DNA of 64,000 nt. It comes from an uncultured Acidobacteriaceae bacterium. GTDB taxonomy: Bacteria; Acidobacteriota; Terriglobia; Terriglobales; Acidobacteriaceae. The notes beneath the pieces were generated by a model that was not told the origin of the DNA, did not search any database, and worked only from the letters and a program-made list of their open reading frames with translations. The position numbers and the translations under genes were made by a program. The stretch is taken from NCBI GenBank assembly GCA_963822025.1, contig CAWGFW010000002.1, positions 23,068-87,067 on the forward strand, written 5' to 3'. How positions within the stretch are numbered: the stretch's first letter is position 1; every line of letters starts with the position of its first letter. Shown here piece after piece: positions 54,143 to 62,796 of this stretch.

Positions 54143-55906
54143 GTGACCTCTACCGCCGCTCCGGTAGTTAAGACTTCTCCTACATCCGCCAACCCTGTTG
54201 CTTGGCTGGTCGCGTTAGTAGCGGCCATTGTTGCCGCCGTGCTCATCTTGAGGCTCCCGCCCCTCGCCCATCCCTGGCCGCAGAATTACGATCCTACCGG
54301 ACACTGGTGGCTCTCCGCGCTATTGGCCGCACTGCCCGTAGTCGTGTTGCTCGGCACTCTGGCCCTGCTGCACATGAAGGCGCACTATTCCGCATTGCTC
54401 GGCCTGGCCACTTCGATCCTCTGCGCGATCTGGATCTTCGGCATGCCCGCAAGACTCGCCGCTAAAACGGCCGTCTTGGGTGCCGGCTACGGCTTGCTTC
54501 CCATCGGATGGATTATTTTGAACGTCATCTTTATGTATCAGCTCACCTGCGAGGCCGGCCTATTTAAGGTCCTGCAGGAGAGTCTGACCGGAATCACGCA
54601 AGACCGGCGCCTGCAACTGCTGCTGATCGCATTCAGCTTCGGCGCGTTCTTTGAAGGCGCGGCTGGCTTTGGAACGCCTGTGGCCGTCACCGCCGCCGTG
54701 CTGATCGGGCTGGGGTTTAAGCCGCTCGAAGCGTCTGGACTATCGCTCATCGCCAACACGGCTCCGGTAGCCTACGGTGCGATTGGAACTCCTTTAATCG
54801 CGCTGCACGGAGTCACAGGAATAGATCTTCTGCAATTGAGCGCGCAGGCTGGCCGCATCCTGCCTTTTTTCTCAGTTCTGGTGCCGTTCTGGCTGATCTG
54901 GGCATTCGCCGGATTCGGTGGGATGATCGAAGTTTGGCCTGCAGTGATGGTTGCCGGAGTATTCTTCGCCGTTCCCCAGTTCCTTGTCTCGAACTTTCAC
55001 GGACCTTGGCTGGTGGACGTTGTCGCCGCCATCGTTTCCATGCTGGCTCTCATTCTCTTTCTCTTGAAGTGGCAGCCCAAGCGCATCTGGGGCTTTGAAA
55101 ACGAAGGTCAACGCGAAGCACGCGGCACCCACGGCCACAGCCGTGCCATGGTGGCAAGAGCCTGGGTTCCCTGGCTGGTTCTAAGTATCCTCGTCTTCCT
55201 CTGGGGACTGCCCACGGTGAAGGCAGCCTTAGACAAAATATCGTCTCCGAAGTTCACCGTCGTTGGACTGCATCTTATGGTGCAACGCGTACCTCCAGTC
55301 GTACCCAAGCCCGCCGCTGAAGCCGCTGTATATGCCTTGAACTGGCTGACTGCAACCGGCTCAGGTATCTTGCTAGCCGCGGTGATCGCCGGGCTGATCA
55401 TGGGCTTCACCCCATGGAAGATGGCCTACGTCTATTGGCAGACGATCGTGCGCGTCCGCTTCTCCCTGATCACCATCGCCGCCATGCTTTCAATCGGATA
55501 CATGACCCGCTACTCCGGGCTCGACGCCACCATGGGTCTCGCCTTCGCGCGCACCGGCGTGCTCTATCCCTTCTTCGGCACCCTCCTCGGCTGGCTGGGT
55601 GTGGCGCTGACCGGCTCCGACACCGCCTCGAACGTCCTCTTCGGCAGCCTGCAAAAAATCTCCGCCGAACAGGTTGGCGTCTCTTCAACCCTGATGGCGG
55701 CCGCGAACAGTTGCGGCGGCGTCATGGGCAAGATGATCGATGCCCAGAGCATCGTCGTCGCCAGCACCGCGACCGAGTGGTACGGTCACGAGGGCGACAT
55801 CCTGCGCTACGTCTTCTTCCACAGCATCGCCTTAGCCGCCTTGGTGGGGATCATGGTGACCCTCCAGGCCTATGTGTTTCCCTTCACAAGGCTGGTCGTG
55901 CGCTAG
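54143..55906 (+). CDS. lctP: L-lactate permease (LctP family)
   Basis: 587 aa. ..QNYDP.G.WWLSAL.A.LP.., ..D.RLQ.LLIAFSFGAF.EGAAGFG.PVA..AA.LIGLGF.PL.A.GL.LI.NTAPVA.GA.G.P. matches LctP/LldP. Confidence 0.92.
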   Translation: MTSTAAPVVKTSPTSANPVAWLVALVAAIVAAVLILRLPPLAHPWPQNYDPTGHWWLSALLAALPVVVLLGTLALLHMKAHYSALLGLATSILCAIWIFGMPARLAAKTAVLGAGYGLLPIGWIILNVIFMYQLTCEAGLFKVLQESLTGITQDRRLQLLLIAFSFGAFFEGAAGFGTPVAVTAAVLIGLGFKPLEASGLSLIANTAPVAYGAIGTPLIALHGVTGIDLLQLSAQAGRILPFFSVLVPFWLIWAFAGFGGMIEVWPAVMVAGVFFAVPQFLVSNFHGPWLVDVVAAIVSMLALILFLLKWQPKRIWGFENEGQREARGTHGHSRAMVARAWVPWLVLSILVFLWGLPTVKAALDKISSPKFTVVGLHLMVQRVPPVVPKPAAEAAVYALNWLTATGSGILLAAVIAGLIMGFTPWKMAYVYWQTIVRVRFSLITIAAMLSIGYMTRYSGLDATMGLAFARTGVLYPFFGTLLGWLGVALTGSDTASNVLFGSLQKISAEQVGVSSTLMAAANSCGGVMGKMIDAQSIVVASTATEWYGHEGDILRYVFFHSIALAALVGIMVTLQAYVFPFTRLVVR

Positions 55907-55929
55907 GAAGCCGCCGGGGCGTTGTATGT

Positions 55930-55955
55930 ACAAATGTTCCACGTGGAACATTTGT
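55930..55955. other. parS centromere-like site (core TGTTCCACGTGGAACA at 55935-55950)
   Basis: Perfect 26-bp palindrome ACAAATGTTCCACGTGGAACATTTGT in the 119-nt spacer between convergent genes. The core is identical to the site at 23982-23997. Confidence 0.85.
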
Positions 55956-56025
55956 CGTGGCATATTTGCCGTTGCATCGCTGTATGTACTCGTTTGGAGT
56001 GATAGCGCCGGACTTCATTTTCGGT

Positions 56026-59000
56026 TCACGACGGCAAGTTCGTGGGGAGTGCGACTTCCGTGGGTTCGGGCTTGAAAATTGCTCCTTGGCTGGTGCGGCT
56101 GTTCATTATGACGCGTATCGGGTCAGTGAACTGCAGATGGCGAACGCAGCCTTGCTCTTCTACAGCTTGCTGTTGGGCCAGCCACTGCCAATCGACGCTG
56201 CCTTCGCCAGCGTCGGGATTCACGGTGAAGTAGCCGGTCTGGAAGGCAGTCAAATTCTGGAAGAAATGGCTGCCTTGGGACGGGGTGACGCGAAAATCTC
56301 GGAAGCCGGCCTCCACGATTACGCGAGCGCCGGAAATTTCATCCCACTCTACCGGAATGCCCAGCCAAGGTTCGTTCGATCCCCAGCGGCCCACACCGAT
56401 GAGCAGATAGGGGCGGTTCTCGTCGCTGAGGCGGCGATTGAAGTGGGCGACGGCTTGTGCCACTTCCTGGCTGCGCGCGCGTTCGAAGCGCTGCGAGTCG
56501 ACGACCACCACATCGTGAAGATTCTCGACGCTGCCGTTGCCGAGAACTTTGCTGCTGCGGCAGATCAAGCCTTCTGGATGCACATCATCCAAGGAGAGAT
56601 CTTCGTCATGGCGTGCCAAGGTTAGAGGGCGTATCTGGAGGAACCCGAATTCGGCGATGTCTTCGGTGGGCAAATCAGTCGACTGCGCCAGGCGCACTGC
56701 AAATTCAATTTCCACCGGGTTACCGAGCGCATCTTCCCCCGCCTCAATCAGCACCTCGAGAATTTCGGCTAGCGGGAACGTGCCGTGCTTGAGCATGGGC
56801 GCGAAGGTGACGATGCGCGATCCGGGGCGGCTCACTCCATCGTAGACGGCATTGTTGTCACGAGAATAGGTAGAGGCAAGCGCCTGGAGTGTGCCATCTT
56901 TTTCGGCGATGTGCAGGCCGAAGCGCCTTTCGTGCCAGTGCCCGGGACGGCCATCGGCGGCGCCATCCAATTCGAGCGCCCAGAATTCCGATTGCGAGTT
57001 GGTCAGGATGTCTTCGACGGAAGAAAACTGCACGAGGTTGAGGGGATAGCGCGGACAGAAGGTCAGACATTTTCCACCGTCGACTACGGCGCGTCCGAGG
57101 CCGAGCGCTACGGCGGCTATGCCGTCTTCGAAGGCCATCGGCGGCACGGGATAAAAATTGCGCGAACGCACGACACCGGAGAAATCAGGATAGAAGCGGC
57201 GCCCGTGAACGTTGCCGACAACTTGCTGGAGAATCACCGCCATCTTTTCTTCTTCGAGACGGTAAGGCGTTGCGCGGACATACGCCTTTGCGTGCCGACT
57301 GAAGGTCGAAGCGTAGACGCGACGAATGGCCTCGCTCAGCGCGGTGAGGCGGGCATCAAGATTTGCATGCGGATCGCCTTGCGGATCCAGTTCCTGATTG
57401 CCGAGCATGAAGGTCTTGTAGACGCCGGTGAAGGGCTGGTATTGCGAATCCTCGAGCAGGCTGGAGGAGCGCACGGCCAGTGGGTATTTCACCTCGGCTA
57501 AGAACGCCTTCAAATTTTCGTTGAGAGCACTGGAAAGCGGAGCGGCAAGAAATTTGCGATGAATCTCGGCATCGTCTTCGCAATGCAGGGCAAAATCGAG
57601 AAGGTTGTTCTCGGTTACGAATTGATCGAAGACATCGGTCGCGAGAACTACGGCGGGAGGGACCGAGATGCGAACGCCCGGAAATCGGCGGGTGAGGCGA
57701 CTTTTGCGCAAAAGATGGCGCACAAAGGCCAAGCCGCGCGCCTTTCCGCCGAGCGATCCGGAGCCGACGCGCAGAAAACTTGATTCCGACGGCTGGAAGG
57801 TGTCGGCTTTAAAATCGCCGATCAGGACTTCACTTTGTTCGCGCCGATATTCATTGATCGATTCGATCAGATCGCGGCGAAGATGCTCGGGGCTGGCGAA
57901 ATCGGAAACTTTTCGCGGGCGCAGTTTAGCCGCGAGCGCGAACTCCGTGCGCGCCATCAGCCAGTGCGAAAAATGATTGCTCTGCGAATGGAAGACGATG
58001 CTTTCGGCGGGAACCGTTTGCAGCTGTTCCTCCAATTCGTTCATGTCTTTCGCGCGCCCAACCTCGCTCGCATCGGGTAAACGAAACACGAAATCGCCAA
58101 AACCGAATTGCTCGGTCAATATCTCGCGCAGATCTTTAAGGAGCGTGGGCGAACGCTTGCGCAGAAACGAATAGCCCTCGGCATGGGCGCGCGGTCGGAA
58201 CTCGGTGCGGCTGGTTTGCAAGACGACGGGCGCGTCGGGCACCAGGCTCTTGACCATGTGCGCCAACTCGAAGCCAGCCTCGGGGCTGAGTTTGCCCTCC
58301 CAGGGAAACTCAACGTCCGAGACCAGACCGAAGAGATAGTTGCGATACTCCTGCACCAGGCTGGCGGCGTCTTCGAAGTCAGAGCTCAGCAGAATGCGCG
58401 GGCGCGCCTGCATGCGCACGAGTTTGTGCGCGACGTTGATGCCTTCCTGAATCACACGCCGCGATTGCTTGATCAGTTCGGTATAGATGACAGGCAAAAA
58501 CGCAGAGTAATAGCGGATGTTGTCTTCGACCACGAGCAAGACGGGAACGCCCATGGCGTGCGTGTCGTGGAGGACGTTGCGCTTGTCCTCGATATATTTG
58601 ACGATCGCAATCAGGATGCGAGCGTTGCCCTGCCATAGGAAAATTCGCTCGATATCGGTGACAGGATTGCGCGCCACGAAGTTCTTGATCTCGCGATGGT
58701 CGTAGCCCAGCACGACGACCGGAACGTCGAGTCCGGCGCGCTTTACTTCGCTCGCTAACTGCGCAGCATTCATGTCGCCGACGGTGAGGTTGGTGACGAT
58801 CAGGTTGAATTGGCGGGAGCGCGCCAGTTCGGCCGCCTCGGCGCAGGAGTTGACGTGCGTGATTCCCGGAACGTGCTCGGGACTGAGGTCGAGCGACTGG
58901 TCGATGAGCAGTTCGTTGAGGCGGCCGTCTTCGCGCAGGATGAAAGAATCGTAGAGGCTCGATACCAGAAGGATGTTATGCACCTTGAAGGGCATCAAGT

Positions 59001-59151
59001 TTTCGAAGCCTTCAAAGCGTTCTTCCGCGTCGGTAATGAGGTCGGGCTCGGCTACGCGACGCAGGTTCATGGGGATATCGTAGCCCATGTTTTGAGGGAG
59101 ATGCGCGAGGAAGTTTAGATTCTGGCAGAGTTTACAGCTGGCGCACATCAC
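56026..59151 (-). CDS. PEP/pyruvate-binding (PPDK_N ATP-grasp) domain protein with N-terminal receiver-like domains
   Basis: 1041 aa. The N-terminal ~300 aa have two CheY-like alpha/beta segments (..HNILLVSSLYDS.., ..VLLVVEDNIRYYS..). Centre: ..GSGSLGGKARGLAF.. (PPDK_N). C-terminus: ..LLIGVGRWGS..PWLGIPV.W..I. Start uncertain (59151/59088/59070). Confidence 0.8.
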   Translation of the reverse strand: MMCASCKLCQNLNFLAHLPQNMGYDIPMNLRRVAEPDLITDAEERFEGFENLMPFKVHNILLVSSLYDSFILREDGRLNELLIDQSLDLSPEHVPGITHVNSCAEAAELARSRQFNLIVTNLTVGDMNAAQLASEVKRAGLDVPVVVLGYDHREIKNFVARNPVTDIERIFLWQGNARILIAIVKYIEDKRNVLHDTHAMGVPVLLVVEDNIRYYSAFLPVIYTELIKQSRRVIQEGINVAHKLVRMQARPRILLSSDFEDAASLVQEYRNYLFGLVSDVEFPWEGKLSPEAGFELAHMVKSLVPDAPVVLQTSRTEFRPRAHAEGYSFLRKRSPTLLKDLREILTEQFGFGDFVFRLPDASEVGRAKDMNELEEQLQTVPAESIVFHSQSNHFSHWLMARTEFALAAKLRPRKVSDFASPEHLRRDLIESINEYRREQSEVLIGDFKADTFQPSESSFLRVGSGSLGGKARGLAFVRHLLRKSRLTRRFPGVRISVPPAVVLATDVFDQFVTENNLLDFALHCEDDAEIHRKFLAAPLSSALNENLKAFLAEVKYPLAVRSSSLLEDSQYQPFTGVYKTFMLGNQELDPQGDPHANLDARLTALSEAIRRVYASTFSRHAKAYVRATPYRLEEEKMAVILQQVVGNVHGRRFYPDFSGVVRSRNFYPVPPMAFEDGIAAVALGLGRAVVDGGKCLTFCPRYPLNLVQFSSVEDILTNSQSEFWALELDGAADGRPGHWHERRFGLHIAEKDGTLQALASTYSRDNNAVYDGVSRPGSRIVTFAPMLKHGTFPLAEILEVLIEAGEDALGNPVEIEFAVRLAQSTDLPTEDIAEFGFLQIRPLTLARHDEDLSLDDVHPEGLICRSSKVLGNGSVENLHDVVVVDSQRFERARSQEVAQAVAHFNRRLSDENRPYLLIGVGRWGSNEPWLGIPVEWDEISGARVIVEAGFRDFRVTPSQGSHFFQNLTAFQTGYFTVNPDAGEGSVDWQWLAQQQAVEEQGCVRHLQFTDPIRVIMNSRTSQGAIFKPEPTEVALPTNLPS

Positions 59152-59232
59152 AGGCCGATGTGTCGGACATCACAGATGGCGGTAATTTCCGGTGTTGTAC
59201 TGATGGTTGTACTAACAGTGGAGGACCCTACC

Positions 59233-59487
59233 GTGTGTCTGGCGATTCCGGGGAAGATTTTGGAGATTCAAGAGCAGGGGCCGTTGCGCGCCGCCCGTGT
59301 CCAGTTTGGCGGGATCGTGCGCCAGGTTTCGCTGAACTTCGTGCCCGAGGCGGGGCTGGGCGACTATGTGATGGTGCATGTCGGCTTCGCGATCAGCCGG
59401 ATCGATGCGGACGAGGCGGAGCGAACTTATAAGGTTCTGGAAGAGATGGGCGAGTTAGAGGCGGAATTGCCAGCAGAGGAAGCATGA
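59233..59487 (+). CDS. hypC: hydrogenase maturation chaperone HypC/HupF
   Basis: GTG-TGT start gives (M)CLAIPGKI.. with the essential N-terminal Cys. GGAGGA lies 8 nt upstream. ..GDYV.VHVGFA.... Confidence 0.9.
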   Translation: MCLAIPGKILEIQEQGPLRAARVQFGGIVRQVSLNFVPEAGLGDYVMVHVGFAISRIDADEAERTYKVLEEMGELEAELPAEEA

Positions 59488-59589
59488 TTTTTGTCGGTGC
59501 AGGCGAGGGCATTTACCACTAAGGGCACGAAGGTCCACTAAGGAAATTCTGCGTCCTTTGGATTTCCGCTTAGGTTTATTTTCGAATTT

Positions 59590-60708
59590 ATGAAATATCT
59601 CGACGAATACCGCGACCATCGTATCGCGCGCGCTTTGGCTGCGGAGATTGCGCTGTCGACGACTCAGCCGTGGGTGCTGATGGAGATTTGCGGCGGCCAG
59701 ACTCACACCATCATGCGCTACGGCTTGGACGAGTTGCTGCCCCGTGGAATTGAAATCGTACACGGCCCGGGATGCCCGGTGTGCGTCACTCCGCTTGAGA
59801 CTGTCGATAAGGCGATCGCGTTGGCGCTGCGGCCGGATGTCATTCTGGTTTCTTACGGAGACATGCTGCGGGTGCCGGGGTCGCATTTCGATCTGTTAAG
59901 GGCGAAGGCGCAAGGCGCGGATGTTCGCATTGCGTATTCGCCGATGGAAGCGGTGAAGATTGCCCGCGCGAATCCGGAGCGCAAAGTTGTGTTTCTGGCG
60001 ATCGGATTCGAGACTACGGCTCCAGCAAATGCGACGGCTGCCTGGCAAGCGCGGAGCGAAGGGCTCACCAATTTTTCTTTGCTGGTTTCGCATGTGCTGG
60101 TGCCGCCGGCGATCCGTGCGTTGATGGTTTCGCAGACCAACCGGGTGCAGGGTTTTATTGCGCCCGGACATGTGTGCACAGTGATGGGATGCGGCGAGTA
60201 TGAGTCGCTGGTGCGCGATTTTCGCGTGCCGATTGTGGTGGGAGGATTCGAGCCGGTAGATATTTTGGCAGCGGTGCTGATGCTGGTTCGCCAACTGGAA
60301 GCGGGGGAGGCGCGGCTGGAGAATCAGTACGTGCGCTCGGTGAGCTATCAGGGGAATCTTCCGGCGCAGCGACTGGTGGCTGAGGTATTTGAAATTGGCG
60401 ATCAGAAGTGGCGCGGGATCGGGCTGATTCCGCAGAGTGGTTTGCGGTTGCGCGAGGAATACGCGGCGTTTGATGCGAATCGTGTTTTTGACTTGGGCGA
60501 GATGACGGTGGACGAACCCGCGGAGTGCATCAGCGCGCAGGTTTTGCAAGGTTTAAAGAAGCCGACGGATTGCGCTGCCTTTGGCATGCGCTGCACACCG
60601 GAGAATCCGTTGGGAGCACCGATGGTTTCAACCGAAGGGGCATGCGCGGCGTATTACCACTATCGGCGGCATGCGGTCGCAAAACAGGAGAAACTGTGTC
60701 AGCTATAA
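59590..60708 (+). CDS. hypD: hydrogenase maturation protein HypD
   Basis: 372 aa. MKYLDEYRD, ..MEICGGQTH.., ..GPGCPVCV.., and ..C....GAPMVS.EG.C..Y... Confidence 0.95.
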   Translation: MKYLDEYRDHRIARALAAEIALSTTQPWVLMEICGGQTHTIMRYGLDELLPRGIEIVHGPGCPVCVTPLETVDKAIALALRPDVILVSYGDMLRVPGSHFDLLRAKAQGADVRIAYSPMEAVKIARANPERKVVFLAIGFETTAPANATAAWQARSEGLTNFSLLVSHVLVPPAIRALMVSQTNRVQGFIAPGHVCTVMGCGEYESLVRDFRVPIVVGGFEPVDILAAVLMLVRQLEAGEARLENQYVRSVSYQGNLPAQRLVAEVFEIGDQKWRGIGLIPQSGLRLREEYAAFDANRVFDLGEMTVDEPAECISAQVLQGLKKPTDCAAFGMRCTPENPLGAPMVSTEGACAAYYHYRRHAVAKQEKLCQL

Positions 60709-61763
60709 CGTCCAGCGAAATAAAGTTCGAGCTTAGCTGCCCTACGCCGCTTCCGGCTAGGGACACGATTCTGTTGGGCCACGGCAGCGGCGGCAAGTTG
60801 AGTGCCGAGTTGATTCGCGACATTTTTCTGCCGGCGTTTGAGAATCCGGTGCTGGCGCGGCTGGATGACCAGGCGATCGTCAACGTGAACGGGCAGCGGC
60901 TCGCGATCACTACTGATTCTTTCGTGGTCAAGCCGCTGTTTTTTCCGGGCGGCGATATTGGTTCGCTCGCGGTGCATGGGACGGTGAACGACCTGGCGAT
61001 GGGCGGAGCCACGCCGCTATATTTGAGCGCCGCTTTCATTATCGAAGAAGGCTTCTTGATGGAGGATTTGCGTCGTGTCGTGAATTCACTGAGGCGAGCC
61101 GCGGCGGACGCGGGCGTGCACGTCGTTACCGGCGACACTAAGGTTGTCGAGAAGGGTAAGGGCGACGGGCTGTTTATTAACACTACGGGAATTGGGCTGG
61201 TGCCGCCAGGCGTCGAGCTTTCGGCTGACCGCGCGCGTGTCGGCGACAAAGTGATTTTGAGTGGGTCGATTGGCGATCACGGCATCGCGATTCTGGCGCA
61301 GCGCGAGGGGCTGGAATTCGAAACACAGATTCAGAGCGACAGCGTCGCTTTGCACACATTGGTGGCGCGGATGCTGGGCGCGAGCTGCGGCATTCGCTGC
61401 ATGCGCGACCCGACGCGCGGCGGCGTCTCCAGCACGCTGAACGAAATCGCGGAGCGCTCGCAGGTGGGGATTGAAATCGAGGAAAGTTCATTGCCCATCC
61501 ATGAAGAGGTGCGGGGCGCCTGCGAGTTGCTTGGGCTGGATCCTCTCTATGTGGCGAATGAAGGCAAGCTGATCGCAATCGTAGCGCCTGAGGCTGCCGG
61601 CGCCGTGTTGACGGCGATGAGATGTCATCCGCTGGGAGCGGAGACGCGAATTATCGGCACCGTGAAGAAAGAGAATCCTGGACTGGTGACGATGCGAACG
61701 CCGCTCGGAACCTCGCGTGTTGTCGATATGCTCGCTGGCGATCAGTTACCGCGCATTTGCTAG
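60696..61763 (+). CDS. hypE: hydrogenase maturation protein HypE
   Basis: Start at GTG 60696 (CAGGAG SD), overlapping hypD by 13 nt. ..LGHGSGG.., the AIR-synthase-like fold, and the C-terminal ..QLPRIC motif. Confidence 0.93.
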   Translation: MSAITSSEIKFELSCPTPLPARDTILLGHGSGGKLSAELIRDIFLPAFENPVLARLDDQAIVNVNGQRLAITTDSFVVKPLFFPGGDIGSLAVHGTVNDLAMGGATPLYLSAAFIIEEGFLMEDLRRVVNSLRRAAADAGVHVVTGDTKVVEKGKGDGLFINTTGIGLVPPGVELSADRARVGDKVILSGSIGDHGIAILAQREGLEFETQIQSDSVALHTLVARMLGASCGIRCMRDPTRGGVSSTLNEIAERSQVGIEIEESSLPIHEEVRGACELLGLDPLYVANEGKLIAIVAPEAAGAVLTAMRCHPLGAETRIIGTVKKENPGLVTMRTPLGTSRVVDMLAGDQLPRIC

Positions 61764-61769
61764 GAGATT

Positions 61770-62147
61770 ATGCACGAGATGGGGATTGCGAATTCGGTGC
61801 TGGACGCGGTTCGAACTGAGATGCGCCGCTATCCCGAATCTTATCCCTGCAAAGTCGGCGTTCGCGTTGGCGAGATGGCGGCGATCGATCCTGAGGCGTT
61901 GCGCTTTTGTTTTGAGGCGATGATTCTCGAGACCGATCTGGCGTCGATCGAGTTGGCGATTGAGGTTTGCCCGCGCCGCCATCGTTGTCTGGCTTGCGGA
62001 CGTGAGTTTGTTGTGCACGATTACGATTGCAGCTGCCCGAAATGTTCAAGCCTCGGGACAACATGCATTAGTGGCGATGAGTTAGAGCTGGCCTATTTGG
62101 AGGTGGAGCAATATGGATCGAGTACCGTTGGAGCGAAGAGTACTTAG
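61770..62147 (+). CDS. hypA: hydrogenase nickel insertion protein HypA
   Basis: MHEMGIANSVLD N-terminus (Ni site) and the CxxC..CxxC zinc site (CLACG..CPKCS). Confidence 0.92.
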   Translation: MHEMGIANSVLDAVRTEMRRYPESYPCKVGVRVGEMAAIDPEALRFCFEAMILETDLASIELAIEVCPRRHRCLACGREFVVHDYDCSCPKCSSLGTTCISGDELELAYLEVEQYGSSTVGAKST

Positions 62148-62790
62148 CGAGAACGACCGCATCGCCGCCGGGTTGCGCGCACGCTTTCAGGAGCACAACG
62201 TTTTGTGCCTGAATATCATCAGTTCTCCGGGGTCGGGCAAGACCAGCCTGCTGGAGCGCACGCTGGAGACGCTACCGCGGCATGATCGCGTGGCCGTATT
62301 GACGGGCGATATCCAAACGGAAAACGACGCCAACCGGCTCAAGCGATTTCATTTTCCGGTGAAGCAGATCACCACCGGCGGCACTTGCCACCTCGATGCC
62401 CGCATGATCGAGAGGCACCTGGCGGATTGGCCGCTCGAAAATCTCGATCTGCTGTTGATTGAAAACGTCGGCAACCTGGTTTGCCCCTCGAGCTTCGACC
62501 TGGGAGAAGCAGCGAAGATCGTGGTGCTCAGTGTGACCGAAGGCGAGGACAAGCCGCTGAAATATCCTTCGATATTTTTTAAGTCGGACCTGATGATCTT
62601 AAGTAAGATCGATCTGCTTCCCTACGTGCCATTTGACATGAATGCGGCCGCGGAAAATGCGCGCAAGGTGCATCCGGGGGTGGAGATTGTAAAGGTCTCT
62701 TGCCTCACCGGCAACGGCTTGCACGAATGGATGACGTGGCTCGAACAGCGGCGCAGCGCGCATAAATCGCCGGTCGAGGTTGTAAGCTAA
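62113..62790 (+). CDS. hypB: hydrogenase nickel incorporation GTPase HypB
   Basis: P-loop SSPGSGKTSLL, ..ENVGNLVCP.., ..SKIDLLP... Overlaps the hypA tail by 35 nt. Confidence 0.93.
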   Translation: MDRVPLERRVLSENDRIAAGLRARFQEHNVLCLNIISSPGSGKTSLLERTLETLPRHDRVAVLTGDIQTENDANRLKRFHFPVKQITTGGTCHLDARMIERHLADWPLENLDLLLIENVGNLVCPSSFDLGEAAKIVVLSVTEGEDKPLKYPSIFFKSDLMILSKIDLLPYVPFDMNAAAENARKVHPGVEIVKVSCLTGNGLHEWMTWLEQRRSAHKSPVEVVS

Positions 62791-62796
62791 TGGCCT

